Assembly (NCBI RefSeq): GCF_000009045.1
Contig: NC_000964.3
Location: 3,330,001 to 3,362,000 of the forward strand
DNA from: Bacillus subtilis subsp. subtilis str. 168
GTDB lineage: Bacteria; Bacillota; Bacilli; Bacillales; Bacillaceae
Reading direction: 5' to 3'
Length of the DNA stretch: 32,000 nucleotides
The notes under the pieces: model-generated
What the model was told of the DNA's origin: nothing
What the model saw: only the letters and a program-made list of their open reading frames with translations
Database searches by the model: none
Program-made: the position numbers and the translations under genes
In this document: positions 11,063 through 21,109 of the stretch, piece after piece
Position numbering within the stretch: the stretch's first letter is position 1
Layout: every line of letters starts with the position of its first letter

Positions 11063-11135
11063 CATAGAAAGAGGATTTGTAAAAAGAGTCAAACGAAGAA
11101 AATCAGATTGGAGAAAACACGAAATCATATCGTTA

Positions 11136-11163
11136 AAAAGCTTGCGGAGTTCCGCAAGCTTTT
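11136..11163 (-). terminator. Terminator of pucFG
   Basis: Plus-strand AAAAGCTTGCGG-AGTT-CCGCAAGCTTTT; minus-strand T-run follows, located 3 nt beyond the pucG stop. Confidence 0.85.
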
Positions 11164-11165
11164 CT

Positions 11166-12416
11166 TTACACCGCTGCCTGGCGGCCAGCGTTTTCATACA
11201 CATCCAGCGCTGCTTGGAGCGCTTTTCCTGCTTCGATTCCTGCGTTATGTCTGAGAAGCACAGCCTCTAACCCGGCAAGCACGAATAGCACGTTTTCTTT
11301 TCTGCAGCTGTACCCCATCGTGCCGATCCTCCAGATCTTCCCTGCAAGCGGGCCGAATGAGCTGGCGATTTCAATGCCGAATTGTGCCAGCAGCATGTCA
11401 CGGACAGACTCGCCGTCAATGCCGCCGGGAATTTCGACACAGGTGACAACAGGCATTTTGCAGCTGTCATCTCCAAACAATCTTAGCCCCATTGCCTTTA
11501 TCCCTGCTGCTAATGCGGCTTCATGGTGCCGATGCCGCTCGAAACGCGTCTCAAGACCTTCTTCAAGCACCAGTCTGACTCCCTCACGTAAGGCGTACAG
11601 CATCGTCGTCGCTTCTGTATGATGATTGAGCCGTCTTTCGCTCCAATAATCCTCAAGCTGGCTCAAATCAAAGTAGTTGCTTGTAATTGGCCGATTTCCC
11701 GAAAGTGCTGCCCTGTCAGCTTGTGTCGCAATCCCGCGTTCCACCTTTTTGCGAGCTGCAATCACGTCCGCCACCCGCTCATTATATGTAATCGGCGCCA
11801 TTCCTGAAGGCACAGACAAACATTTTTGCGTTCCGCCGATGGCAGCGTCAATCTTCCATTCATCGACTTTAACCTCGCAGCCCCCAATCGTTGCGACTGC
11901 ATCGACGATAAACAATGCATCCTCGGTGCGGCAGGCTTCGCCGATGGCTTTCAGCGGGTGAATCCGTCCTGTCGATGTTTCTCCATGCACCATGGCCACA
12001 ATTTTCGGCTTCACTTTTTTTATCTCCCGTATGATGTCCTCCGGGTCAAAAACCGTTCCCCATTCGCACTCCAGCATATGAACATTTGCCCCATATCGCT
12101 CGGCGATTTCAGTCAGCAAATAACCGAAACGGCCGTAAATGGGAATGAGCACATCATCTTCCGGCTCTATCACACTAGCCAGCACTGCTTCAATTCCCGC
12201 CCGTGAAGTGCCGTCAATCGGGTATGCCCAGCGGTTTTTTGTTTGGAACAGCTCCCGAAGCATCTCCATCGTTTCATTCATAATACCTGTAAACGCCGGA
12301 TCAAATTGGCCGACAACCGGGGTGCTCATTACTCTTAATACACGCGGATCAACCTCAACAGGCCCCGGTGTCATAATCGTTCTTAACGGGGTGCATAATT
12401 CTCTTCTGCCTGACAC
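11166..12416 (-). CDS. pucG: (S)-ureidoglycine--glyoxylate aminotransferase
   Basis: Class V aminotransferase ('TMTPGPVEVDPRVLR', 'SVPSGMAPITYNERV'); GTG at 12416 has the better SD spacing (AAAGGAGG) than track ATG 12422. Confidence 0.93.
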   Translation of the reverse strand: MSGRRELCTPLRTIMTPGPVEVDPRVLRVMSTPVVGQFDPAFTGIMNETMEMLRELFQTKNRWAYPIDGTSRAGIEAVLASVIEPEDDVLIPIYGRFGYLLTEIAERYGANVHMLECEWGTVFDPEDIIREIKKVKPKIVAMVHGETSTGRIHPLKAIGEACRTEDALFIVDAVATIGGCEVKVDEWKIDAAIGGTQKCLSVPSGMAPITYNERVADVIAARKKVERGIATQADRAALSGNRPITSNYFDLSQLEDYWSERRLNHHTEATTMLYALREGVRLVLEEGLETRFERHRHHEAALAAGIKAMGLRLFGDDSCKMPVVTCVEIPGGIDGESVRDMLLAQFGIEIASSFGPLAGKIWRIGTMGYSCRKENVLFVLAGLEAVLLRHNAGIEAGKALQAALDVYENAGRQAAV

Positions 12417-12432
12417 AGCCATTCCTCCTTTA

Positions 12433-13671
12433 TCAGTAAGCCAGTTTGTATAATAAATCAGTCAGTGCGCGGACGCCGATCTCAAGCTGTCTGGCTGACG
12501 TATATTCCTTCGGTGAGTGGCTGACGCCGCCTCGGCTCGGCACAAACAGCATACAAGCAGGATAGCGCCTTCCGATCATTTGCGCGTCATGCCCTGCTCC
12601 GCTCACCATTTCCTCACAGCTGAAGCCGTTTTCTAATGCTGTTTCAAAAGCCGCAGCCTTCAGCCTTTCGTCCATCGGCACAGGCTCTATCCGCATATAT
12701 TCATCAATCACAGCGCGAATTCCTTTTTGTAGGCAAATGCCGTTGATCAAAGCAACCATGTCTTGATGAAACTGTTCCAGCACATGCTGATGCTGATGGC
12801 GAATATCGATTGAAAACTGGACGCGGCCCGGTATGACATTGGCTACATTGGGCTCTGCCGTTATTTTTCCGCATGTCAGACGGAGCTCATCCGGCAGCTC
12901 ATCCGACCGCAGCAGCAGCTCATGAATGATACGGCTGCTGGCTGCGAGCGGGTCCTTGCGCCATTTCATGGAGGTGGTTCCTGCGTGATTGCATTCTCCT
13001 TCGAGCGTGACGAGATATCGTCTCTGCCCCGCAATACTTGTCACGATGCCGAGATCCCGGCCTGACATTTCCAACGTCTTCCCCTGTTCAATATGCAGCT
13101 CAACAAACGCGCTGATATCTGTCCTATATGCTGACTGAAACACACCTTTGCCAAAACCGCTCTCATGCATCGCTGTTTGGAGGGAGACTCCCGACTCGTC
13201 TCTTGGCTCTTTTGCATCTTGTTCTGAAAAAACACCCGTCATATTCCCCGACCCCCAATAGGTCATTGGAAAACGGCTGCCTTCCTCCTCACATAAGGAG
13301 ACCGCCTCGAGCGTTTTTTTTGGCGCTCCGTATGTTTCCTTGAGCTGCTTTAACGCGAGCATTGCCGCCAGAACGCCATAGGCGCCGTCGTATTTTCCTC
13401 CATTGATGACAGTATCGATATGTGAACCGGTTACAATGACTTCATCCGGAGACTGGGTGCCCGAAAGCCTTCCAAACACATTGCCGACATCGTCGAATCT
13501 TGTTTCAAGCCCGAAAGAAGACATTTCCGTTTTCACAGCAAGCTGTGCGTCCATCCACTCTTTTGTGTATAAAAGCCTCGTTACGCCGCCATCCGCAGAC
13601 GCACCGTATTGGGCGAGCCATTCAATATAATCTGTGATGCTGTTTTTTACTGAAAGCTTCTGCTTTTCCAT
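12433..13671 (-). CDS. pucF: Allantoate amidohydrolase (M20 family)
   Basis: 412 aa; 'VIVTGSHIDTVINGGKYDGAYGVLAA', 'LHIEQGKTLE', 'SGAGHDAQMI' zinc amidohydrolase motifs. Confidence 0.95.
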   Translation of the reverse strand: MEKQKLSVKNSITDYIEWLAQYGASADGGVTRLLYTKEWMDAQLAVKTEMSSFGLETRFDDVGNVFGRLSGTQSPDEVIVTGSHIDTVINGGKYDGAYGVLAAMLALKQLKETYGAPKKTLEAVSLCEEEGSRFPMTYWGSGNMTGVFSEQDAKEPRDESGVSLQTAMHESGFGKGVFQSAYRTDISAFVELHIEQGKTLEMSGRDLGIVTSIAGQRRYLVTLEGECNHAGTTSMKWRKDPLAASSRIIHELLLRSDELPDELRLTCGKITAEPNVANVIPGRVQFSIDIRHQHQHVLEQFHQDMVALINGICLQKGIRAVIDEYMRIEPVPMDERLKAAAFETALENGFSCEEMVSGAGHDAQMIGRRYPACMLFVPSRGGVSHSPKEYTSARQLEIGVRALTDLLYKLAY

Positions 13672-13703
13672 GTACTCCCCCCTCTGGCCGCTATGGTGAC
13701 TTC

Positions 13704-13752
13704 ATTATAGAAGGAGCAACATGATAGTTCATTGACAGATTAACCAAAAAAA
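13704..13752 (-). promoter_or_regulatory. pucF promoter region with PucR box
   Basis: Minus strand: TTTTTTTGGTTAA (12 of 13 positions of WWWCNTTGGTTAA) at 13740-13752 and TATAAT at 13704-13709, with no good -35. Confidence 0.7.
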
Positions 13753-14112
13753 CGTTTATTTTTTAGCCACAGTATCCATCCAGCAACCAGATACACCCTA
13801 CATGTCACAACTATTTTGATGTAAAGGTCAAAAGAAAACACGGTAAGGAAGAGAGCCAGCAAGAGCGAAAGAGAGGGTCAAAATGCCTTTCATATGAACA
13901 AGCTAAGCTGGAGAGGCGATGTTCGCGGAACGGATGAAAACAGAAATGCCGGCAGCCCGCAAAAACAGGACCTAAAGATATGGAAACAGGAGATTTCCGC
14001 CTCCTCCAAAGGGACTAATTTACAATTTTAATGAAAAATATACAAAATGACACTTCTATCCTTTATTTCAATTTTAGATAATAGATATGATCTGATAAAA
14101 GGAGGGCAAGTG

Positions 14113-14979
14113 ATGACAAAAAAAGCATGGTTTCTGCCGCTCGTCTGTGTATTACTGATTTCCGGATGGCTTGCGCCAGCAGCTTCAGCAAGCGCGCAAA
14201 CCACATTAAGCCTTAATGACCGATTGGCGTCTTCCCCTTCAGGAACGGGAAGCCTTCTCTCATTAGCCGCCCCCGCTGCACCCTATGCTGACACAGATAC
14301 CTATTATGAAGGGGCTGAAGGTAAAACAGGAGACTCGCTAAAAAGCACCCTGCACCGTATTATCAGCGGACACACGATGCTGTCCTACAGCGAAGTGTGG
14401 AACGCGCTGAAAGAAACGGATGAAGACCCAAGAAATCCGAATAACGTCATCCTGCTCTATACGAATGAATCGCGTTCCAAAAACCTGAACGGCGGCAATG
14501 TCGGCGATTGGAACCGCGAGCATGTCTGGGCGAAATCCCATGGCGATTTTGGTACGAGCAAGGGACCTGGTACTGATATTCATCATTTGCGCCCGGCTGA
14601 TGTTCAAGTTAACAGCGCCAGAGGAAATATGGATTTTGACAATGGCGGCACTGAATATGCGAAGGCACCCGGAAATTATTATGACGGCGATTCATGGGAG
14701 CCCCGCGATGATGTGAAAGGCGATGTTGCCCGCATGCTGTTTTACATGGCTGTCCGTTACGAGGGTGATGACGGCTATCCTGATCTTGAGCTTAATGATA
14801 AGACAGGCAACGGCTCAGCTCCTTATCATGGCAAACAATCTGTCCTGCTCGAATGGAATAAGCAGGATCCGGTTGACGACCGCGAGCGGAAAAGAAATGA
14901 AATCATTTATGAAAAATATCAGCACAACCGCAATCCATTTATCGACCACCCTGAATGGGCGGATGAGATTTGGCCGTAA
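14113..14979 (+). CDS. yurI: Secreted nuclease, endonuclease I family (extracellular ribonuclease Bsn/YurI)
   Basis: 288 aa from ATG 14113 with AAAGGAGGG SD; signal peptide 'MTKKAWFLPLVCVLLISGWLAPAASASA'; 'NREHVWAKSHGDF...DIHHLRPAD' nuclease motif. Confidence 0.93.
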   Translation: MTKKAWFLPLVCVLLISGWLAPAASASAQTTLSLNDRLASSPSGTGSLLSLAAPAAPYADTDTYYEGAEGKTGDSLKSTLHRIISGHTMLSYSEVWNALKETDEDPRNPNNVILLYTNESRSKNLNGGNVGDWNREHVWAKSHGDFGTSKGPGTDIHHLRPADVQVNSARGNMDFDNGGTEYAKAPGNYYDGDSWEPRDDVKGDVARMLFYMAVRYEGDDGYPDLELNDKTGNGSAPYHGKQSVLLEWNKQDPVDDRERKRNEIIYEKYQHNRNPFIDHPEWADEIWP

Positions 14980-14980
14980 G

Positions 14981-15012
14981 AAAAAGGTGCTCCTTTTGAG
15001 GAGCACCTTTTT
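14981..15012. terminator. Bidirectional terminator between yurI and yurJ
   Basis: AAAAAGGTGCTCC-TTTTGA-GGAGCACCTTTTT, 13-bp perfect stem between convergent genes. Confidence 0.95.
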
Positions 15013-16116
15013 CTAATACACAGCCTCTTCCGTTTCCGCATCGAAAAAGACGACGTGGTCCATTTTCACTGAGAGCTGGATTGAATCGCCTGCATCGATT
15101 CGCGTGTTTCCGTCCAGGCGGACCTTGAGCCGCTCGTCCCCAGCCATGACATGCACTATGAGCTCCGAGCCCAGATTTTCATTCACTTCCACGTTCGCTT
15201 GAAACACTGAATCAAACAACTGGTCATTTCCTGTCATTTGTGTGATGTGCTCCGGCCGTACACCGGCAATCATCTGTTCTCCGGCATATCCCTTTTCCTT
15301 CAGCCGCTTTGCTTTTTCTTCAGGAATATGAAGCCGGATCGAAGAATTTGTGAAAAACAGCTCGCCATGCTGCTGTTCTATGATGCCTTTCAAAAAGTTC
15401 ATTCCGGGAGAGCCAATGAAGCCTGCGACAAACAAATTGGCCGGGTAATGATAAATGTCATGAGGTTTCGCCACTTGCTGAATTTCCCCTTCATTCATGA
15501 CGACAATCCGATCTCCCATTGTCATTGCTTCGGTCTGGTCATGCGTGACATAAATGATCGTTGCCTCTAATCGCTGGTGCAGCTTGCTGATTTCTGTCCG
15601 CATCGTCACTCTTAGTTTTGCATCCAGATTAGAAAGCGGCTCGTCCATTAAAAAGACCTTCGGCTCCCTCACAATCGACCTGCCAAGCGCCACCCTTTGC
15701 CGCTGCCCGCCGGAGAGCGCCTTCGGTTTTCTCTTCAGCAAATGTTCAATTTCTAAAATTCTGGCTGCCGCATGAACCCGCTCGGCAATTTCCTGTTTCG
15801 CCATCTTTCTGAGCTTTAATCCAAACGCCATATTATCAAAAACCGTCATATGCGGATAAAGCGCATAGTTCTGGAATACCATCGCAATATCACGTTCTTT
15901 CGGCGGAAGATCATTGACCCGCTCCCCATCAATAAGAAGATTTCCTTCAGAAATGCTTTCTAATCCAGCCACCATCCGCAGCGTTGTTGATTTTCCGCAT
16001 CCTGACGGCCCCACCAGCACCAAAAGCTCCTTATCCTTTACATCTAAATCAAAGTCCTTCACGGTTAATTGTGAGTGATATGATTTTTTGACGTGTTCAA
16101 ATGTTAATGAAGCCAT
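15013..16116 (-). CDS. yurJ: Sugar ABC transporter ATP-binding protein (MsmX/UgpC-type)
   Basis: 367 aa; Walker A 'GPSGCGKST', signature '[13 protein letters not shown]', Walker B '[12 protein letters not shown]', H-loop 'YVTHDQTEA'; differs in sequence from MsmX. Confidence 0.93.
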   Translation of the reverse strand: MASLTFEHVKKSYHSQLTVKDFDLDVKDKELLVLVGPSGCGKSTTLRMVAGLESISEGNLLIDGERVNDLPPKERDIAMVFQNYALYPHMTVFDNMAFGLKLRKMAKQEIAERVHAAARILEIEHLLKRKPKALSGGQRQRVALGRSIVREPKVFLMDEPLSNLDAKLRVTMRTEISKLHQRLEATIIYVTHDQTEAMTMGDRIVVMNEGEIQQVAKPHDIYHYPANLFVAGFIGSPGMNFLKGIIEQQHGELFFTNSSIRLHIPEEKAKRLKEKGYAGEQMIAGVRPEHITQMTGNDQLFDSVFQANVEVNENLGSELIVHVMAGDERLKVRLDGNTRIDAGDSIQLSVKMDHVVFFDAETEEAVY

Positions 16117-16238
16117 CAGAAAAGTCCCCCTATCTTTTGACCCGTTATTTCGTCACTGGAAACAACTTGGTCTTTCTGTTATTTTTAGAGTAATCGATTC
16201 CCATTTTTGCTATATTTCTAAAATAAAAAATGTAAATT

Positions 16239-16260
16239 TGTATTATAACGTCATAATACA
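16239..16260. promoter_or_regulatory. Imperfect palindrome upstream of frlR, candidate FrlR operator
   Basis: TGTATTATAACGTCATAATACA, 22 bp with one mismatched pair. Confidence 0.6.
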
Positions 16261-16297
16261 TTATAATATAAATAATAGGTTAAAAGGAGGCTACCCT

Positions 16298-17026
16298 TTG
16301 TTAAACAACGGAAGTTCTACACCTTTATACATTCAGCTAAAACAAATCATCACTGATGACATCAAAAAGGGCGTGTATTCCCCAACCGCCAAGCTGCCTA
16401 CCGAAAACGAGCTTTGCACCAAGTATAACGTCAGCCGCATCACCGTCAGGAAAGCCATTCTCGATTTAGTCGAAGAAGGCTATCTGATCAGGCAGCAGGG
16501 AAAGGGAACGTTCGTTAAAAGCCCTAAATTAAAACGAGAGCTGATCGCTGTAAACGGCTACTCGGAATTTATGGAATCAACCGGCAAAAAACCGAAGCAT
16601 CATGTGCTGTCCCATGACATCATTCCAGCGTCAAAACCCATCGCCGAAAAGCTTCAAATCCAACCCGAGAGCCCTGTGGTTGAATTAAAACGGATTTTAT
16701 ATAATGATGATCAGCCTCTCACCTTTGAAGTGACGCATTATCCGCTTGATTTGTTTCCCGGCATTGATACCTTTATTGCTGACGGCGTCTCCATGCATGA
16801 TATTTTGAAACAGCAATACAAAGTTGTACCCACGCACAATACGAAGCTATTAAACGTTGTATATGCCCAACAGGAGGAAAGCAAATACCTGGATTGTGAT
16901 ATCGGGGATGCGCTGTTTGAAATTGATAAAACGGCTTTTACATCAAACGACCAGCCAATCTATTGCTCATTGTTTTTGATGCACACAAACCGTGTCACTT
17001 TTACCATCAACAGCCCCTACACATAA
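16298..17026 (+). CDS. frlR: GntR/UTRA-family regulator of the fructosamine operon
   Basis: TTG start at 16298 with AAAAGGAGG; N-terminal wHTH 'LPTENELCTKYNVSRITVRKAILDLVEEGYL', C-terminal UTRA domain. Confidence 0.93.
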   Translation: MLNNGSSTPLYIQLKQIITDDIKKGVYSPTAKLPTENELCTKYNVSRITVRKAILDLVEEGYLIRQQGKGTFVKSPKLKRELIAVNGYSEFMESTGKKPKHHVLSHDIIPASKPIAEKLQIQPESPVVELKRILYNDDQPLTFEVTHYPLDLFPGIDTFIADGVSMHDILKQQYKVVPTHNTKLLNVVYAQQEESKYLDCDIGDALFEIDKTAFTSNDQPIYCSLFLMHTNRVTFTINSPYT

Positions 17027-17033
17027 CAGGCAT

Positions 17034-17070
17034 AAAAAACGAGACACTGCTTATAGTATTCTCGTTTTTT
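17034..17070. terminator. Bidirectional terminator between frlR and frlD
   Basis: AAAAAACGAGA - 15-nt loop - TCTCGTTTTTT; overlaps the last codons of frlD. Confidence 0.8.
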
Positions 17071-17905
17071 CACTGCTTCCCCCGTCCTCCAAGCGATAAG
17101 GATAGCCATAGCCGAAAGCTCCGTACACACCGCAAGTTTTCGCAGCCGTTTCAGCAGCCTGGCGCAAAGCATACGTTATATCCTGCTTCACGCAAAAGGC
17201 AGTCAAAAAGCCTGCTATAAAAGAATCTCCCGCTCCAAGTGTATCTATTATATCAGCTTCCACAATCGGCTGATGATAGACTCGATCACCCGCAGACAGG
17301 ATTGCTCCTTGGCCCCCTCGGGTCATACAAACCATTTTGGCTCCGTACCCATGAGCTGTTTTGGCAAGCTCACCGCATTCCGACTCACTCAAATCGCTTC
17401 CTGAAAAAAACGCATACGTCACATAAGGACAGACCCTCCTCAAATAATCATCCTCCCGATTGGTTGAAAAATCAAATGAGACCGGGACCAGCCCGCACAG
17501 CTGCGGAAGATCGTTCTCAAGCCTGCTGTACACGCTCGTATGCAGCAGATCATGCCCGCTGATAAAAGATACATCTTTCTCCTGAAACGCGAGGCGAAGC
17601 CGGGACTGAATGCCGCCTTTATTTGATCTGACAAAAATGCGGTCCCCCTGTTCATCAAGGGTGACAATCGCCATCCCGTTTTCTCCGTGCGCCTGGCGGA
17701 TATAATCTGCATTGACCTGCTCCAGCTTGAGAACGTTCAACAGATGCGCCGCGGCTTCGTCATTGCCGACGATTCCGATATAGGAAGACTCATGCCCGAG
17801 CCGCTTGGCAAGCACAGCAACGTTTAAGGCATTTCCTCCCGGGTAAAATGTTTCTTGATCCTGGTAGTAATCTACAACATTATCTCCAACCGCAATCAAT
17901 TTCAT
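17051..17905 (-). CDS. frlD: Fructosamine 6-kinase (PfkB/ribokinase family)
   Basis: 'YPGGNALNVAVLAKRLG' and 'DTLGAGDSFIAGFL' PfkB signatures; frl operon context. Confidence 0.94.
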   Translation of the reverse strand: MKLIAVGDNVVDYYQDQETFYPGGNALNVAVLAKRLGHESSYIGIVGNDEAAAHLLNVLKLEQVNADYIRQAHGENGMAIVTLDEQGDRIFVRSNKGGIQSRLRLAFQEKDVSFISGHDLLHTSVYSRLENDLPQLCGLVPVSFDFSTNREDDYLRRVCPYVTYAFFSGSDLSESECGELAKTAHGYGAKMVCMTRGGQGAILSAGDRVYHQPIVEADIIDTLGAGDSFIAGFLTAFCVKQDITYALRQAAETAAKTCGVYGAFGYGYPYRLEDGGSSEKTRIL

Positions 17906-17918
17906 AGCGCTTCCTCCT

Positions 17919-18821
17919 TTATCCTTTTACACTGCCGCTTGCAATCCCGCGGACAAAATATTTCTGCATCAATAAAAATAGAATAATAATCGGCGCGGCT
18001 GAAATCGTTAACCCCGCCAGCAGGACGCCCCAGTCTGTCTGCAGCGCGTCTCTGAACTGCATCAGCCCGGCTGGAATGGTCCGTAAATTCTCATCATCTA
18101 TGAAAATAATCGCAAACATAAACTCATTCCATGTATGGTAAGCCGTCAAAATGCCGGATGTCACCAAAATCGGCACGCTCATTGGTAAGAAAATTCTGAA
18201 AAATACTCCAAAACTTGTACACCCATCCAAATAGGCCGCCTCCTCCAATTCTTTTGAAATAGAAAGAAAATAAGAGCGGATCAAAATGATGGTGAATGGG
18301 ATCCGATAAGCCGCATACGGCAAGATTAACGCCCAATACGTATTGTACAGGCCCAGCGACTGAATAATAGAATAAAGCGGCACAAGACTGACCTGCGGCG
18401 TCAGCATCAATCCGCCAAGACATAGCACCAAAAAGAATCCTTTTCCTTTAAACTCAAACCGGGAAAGGCCATACGCTGCCCATGCACTGATAAAGACAGT
18501 GATCACACACGTCAGCGCCGTAACGATGACACTGTTCATAAAATAAGAAGAAATCCCCTGATTCCAGGCGGAAACAAAATTTTCCGGATGCCACGAAGAC
18601 GGCAGCGACCAGCTGTGCTCAAAAATATCGTCAGAGTTTTTAAAGGCGCTCATCACCATCCAGAGAAGCGGATAGGCAATCGCAATCAGATAAAGAAACA
18701 GAAAAACCCACACAGACGTTTCTCCGATATACCATTTTCGTCTAGGCTTATCTTTCACCTCAATGTGCTGGTCAGGCACCGGCTCCAATCTGAACGAATC
18801 TGTCTTCTTCTGAGGCAGCAT
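17919..18821 (-). CDS. frlM: Fructosamine ABC transporter permease
   Basis: 300 aa MalG-type permease, 'EELEEAAYLDGCTSFGVFFRIFLPMSVPIL' EAA loop. Confidence 0.94.
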   Translation of the reverse strand: MLPQKKTDSFRLEPVPDQHIEVKDKPRRKWYIGETSVWVFLFLYLIAIAYPLLWMVMSAFKNSDDIFEHSWSLPSSWHPENFVSAWNQGISSYFMNSVIVTALTCVITVFISAWAAYGLSRFEFKGKGFFLVLCLGGLMLTPQVSLVPLYSIIQSLGLYNTYWALILPYAAYRIPFTIILIRSYFLSISKELEEAAYLDGCTSFGVFFRIFLPMSVPILVTSGILTAYHTWNEFMFAIIFIDDENLRTIPAGLMQFRDALQTDWGVLLAGLTISAAPIIILFLLMQKYFVRGIASGSVKG

Positions 18822-18824
18822 CAG

Positions 18825-19703
18825 TTACTCCTCCTTTCCGGTTTTAAAGAACTTCATTTGCATGAGCGATAATGCAAGCGTAATGATTAACACGACAGTG
18901 GCAATCGCTGAGGCGTAGCCCATCATATCCTTTGTAAAGGCGCTTTTATATAAAAACGTGCTCAAGACTTCTGACGCTTTTCCCGGCCCGCCGCCTGTCA
19001 AAATGTACGGCTCATTAAAGACCGTAAAGGCTCCGGTCAGCGTCATGACCACCGCAACAAAAGACATCTCTTTCGTCTGGGGAACAGTAATATGAAAAAA
19101 CTGCTGAATTTTACCCGCGCCGTCAAGCCGGGCCGCTTCATACAGTTCATCCGGTATTTTTTGAATCGACACGATGTACAGCATCGCAATATAACCGACA
19201 GATTGCCACTGGGACACAAAAATGACAGAAAGCATAGCTGTGCTGTCATCCCCGAGCCAGGCCCTCGTCAGCTGATCAAGACCGATGGCCTGAAGCAGCT
19301 GATTCAAAAGCCCTGTCTCCGGATTGTAAATAAAATCAAACAAAAGCGCGATCACCGTCATTGAGATGACAACCGGCAAAAAGAAAACGGTACGAAAAAA
19401 CGGCGACCATTTTCTGACCAGCTTATCCTCAAGCACCGCCGCCAAAATCAAACCGCCAAATACCTGGCATACAATTGAGATCACTGCATAAAGCACATTA
19501 TTGGTAAGTGCCTGATAGAAGACAGGATCATGAAATAATTCAACATAGTTTTTTAAGCCGATAAACGTTTTTTCCGGAGAAAATGAGCTCCACTGAAACA
19601 GGCTGAGGAATACATTCTCAAAAATCGGGATATAAACGAAAAGTAAAAAAACGAGAGCGGGCACCAAAAACAAATAGGGGATTATTTTATTCTGATTGAC
19701 CAA
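18825..19703 (-). CDS. frlN: Fructosamine ABC transporter permease
   Basis: MalF-type permease; TTG at 19703 preceded by AAAGGAG gives 292 aa; EAA loop 'DELYEAARLDGAGKIQQFFHITVP'. Confidence 0.92.
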   Translation of the reverse strand: MVNQNKIIPYLFLVPALVFLLFVYIPIFENVFLSLFQWSSFSPEKTFIGLKNYVELFHDPVFYQALTNNVLYAVISIVCQVFGGLILAAVLEDKLVRKWSPFFRTVFFLPVVISMTVIALLFDFIYNPETGLLNQLLQAIGLDQLTRAWLGDDSTAMLSVIFVSQWQSVGYIAMLYIVSIQKIPDELYEAARLDGAGKIQQFFHITVPQTKEMSFVAVVMTLTGAFTVFNEPYILTGGGPGKASEVLSTFLYKSAFTKDMMGYASAIATVVLIITLALSLMQMKFFKTGKEE

Positions 19704-19760
19704 GGGTATCTCATCTCCTTTATAAAAAGAAAAGGTGCGAAGCTTCACCTTTTCTTTGAT

Positions 19761-21029
19761 TTATTCAGCTGACGCCCTCACCTGCTTTGCTGCCTTTTGA
19801 ACGGCTTTCATCACCTGCTGCGGTGTCATGTCGCCGCCAAGCATTTGCTGGACGCCCGTTAGGTACGCATCTGCGACTTCAACATCGACATCCATATCAA
19901 ACCATGGAACCATTGATTTGGCATCAACAATATGCTGAACGGCTTCACGCTGAATGGCTGTTGCATTTTCTTCAGTAGCCGTACCTTGCACTGCACTGTA
20001 TTTCCCGACATCTTTCACGAGCTTTTCGCCCATTCTTTTCGACGTCAAGAACTGCAAAAATTCCATCGCTTCCTTCGGATGTTTTGTTCTTGAGGAGATC
20101 ATGAATCCTTCCGGCGCTCCCGTTAACGCTTCTGAAGATCCTTTCTGCCCGCTGATTTCAGGAAATGGGAACATCCCGAGATTAACCGGTTCAACCAGCT
20201 TGATTTCCGCTGTTTCCGCATATATCATCGCCGACTTTCCGCTCTTAAATTGCTGTCTCACATATTCGTGGTCGACGGAGTTTACATGTTTATTAAAGTA
20301 AGGCATCAGCTCTTGAAGCTTTTCAAGTGCTTTTACGTAGCCTTCATCAGTAAATTCACCCGTTTTGGCGTTATAGTCCTTTTCCCGTGTTTTTTCATCG
20401 ACCATCCGCTGATTAAGCGTGCCGATATAGTGCGAGATTGTCCAAGTCGCCTTTGTTCCAAAGCTGATCGGTGTGTAGCCATGTTCTTTCAGCTTTTTTG
20501 ACACATCGATTAATTCATCCCACGTCTTCGGGGGATCAAGATTCAGCTTTTGGAAAATGTCTTTATTATAGAAGAATGATTTAGCGTCCATTTGCCACGG
20601 TACGCCATATTGCTTGTTTTCATAAGTAAATGGTGTAATTTGCGATTGAACGAGCTGTGATGACCAATCGGTGTCATTTTTGTAGTAGGACGAGAGATCA
20701 AGTGCTTTATTGCCTCTGATAAATTTAAAAGCAAACTCATCGCTCCAAGAGAAGTAAATGTCAGGAGGGCTGGTGGTTCCCAGCATGACCTTAATTTTAT
20801 CTTTATAGGAGTCATTTAAAACGGCTTCAATTTGAATGTCGATATCTGGGTGATCTTTTTCAAATTCCTTAACAACCTCTTCAAAATAACTTTTTTCCGG
20901 CTCCTTTGGCCATCTGTGGAAAAATTTCAATGTCACCTTTCCGTCCGCTGAACTGCTTTGGCTCGAACAGCCTGCGATGGTGAGCATACTGACAGCTGCA
21001 ATGATCAAGAACAACAACATTTTCTTCAA
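19761..21029 (-). CDS. frlO: Fructosamine ABC transporter substrate-binding lipoprotein
   Basis: 422 aa; lipobox '[11 protein letters not shown]'; family 1 extracellular solute-binding protein; TTG start with GAGGAGG. Confidence 0.94.
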
Positions 21030-21048
21030 AGGGTTGGCCTCCTCTGGA

Positions 21049-21086
21049 CATTAGACTATAATGTTATATAACATTATAGTCTAATG
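21049..21086. promoter_or_regulatory. Perfect 38-bp palindrome upstream of frlO, candidate FrlR operator
   Basis: CATTAGACTATAATGTTATATAACATTATAGTCTAATG; contains minus-strand TATAAT. Confidence 0.75.
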
Positions 21087-21109
21087 CATAATGGTTCTTC
21101 ATTTTCAGA

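Noticed and set aside
11021-11254. 77-aa plus-strand ORF upstream of pucA and overlapping the pucG end
   Set aside because: No SD, runs through the pucG terminator hairpin and antisense into pucG; better explained as promoter/terminator DNA.
15013-16116. Considered calling this gene msmX
   Set aside because: The protein starts [26 protein letters not shown], unlike MsmX (MAELRMEHIYKFYD...); locus and sequence fit yurJ instead.
16174-16190. Possible cre site (GGGAATCGATTACT region) upstream of yurJ/frlR
   Set aside because: Several mismatches to the CcpA cre consensus; too weak to claim from sequence alone.
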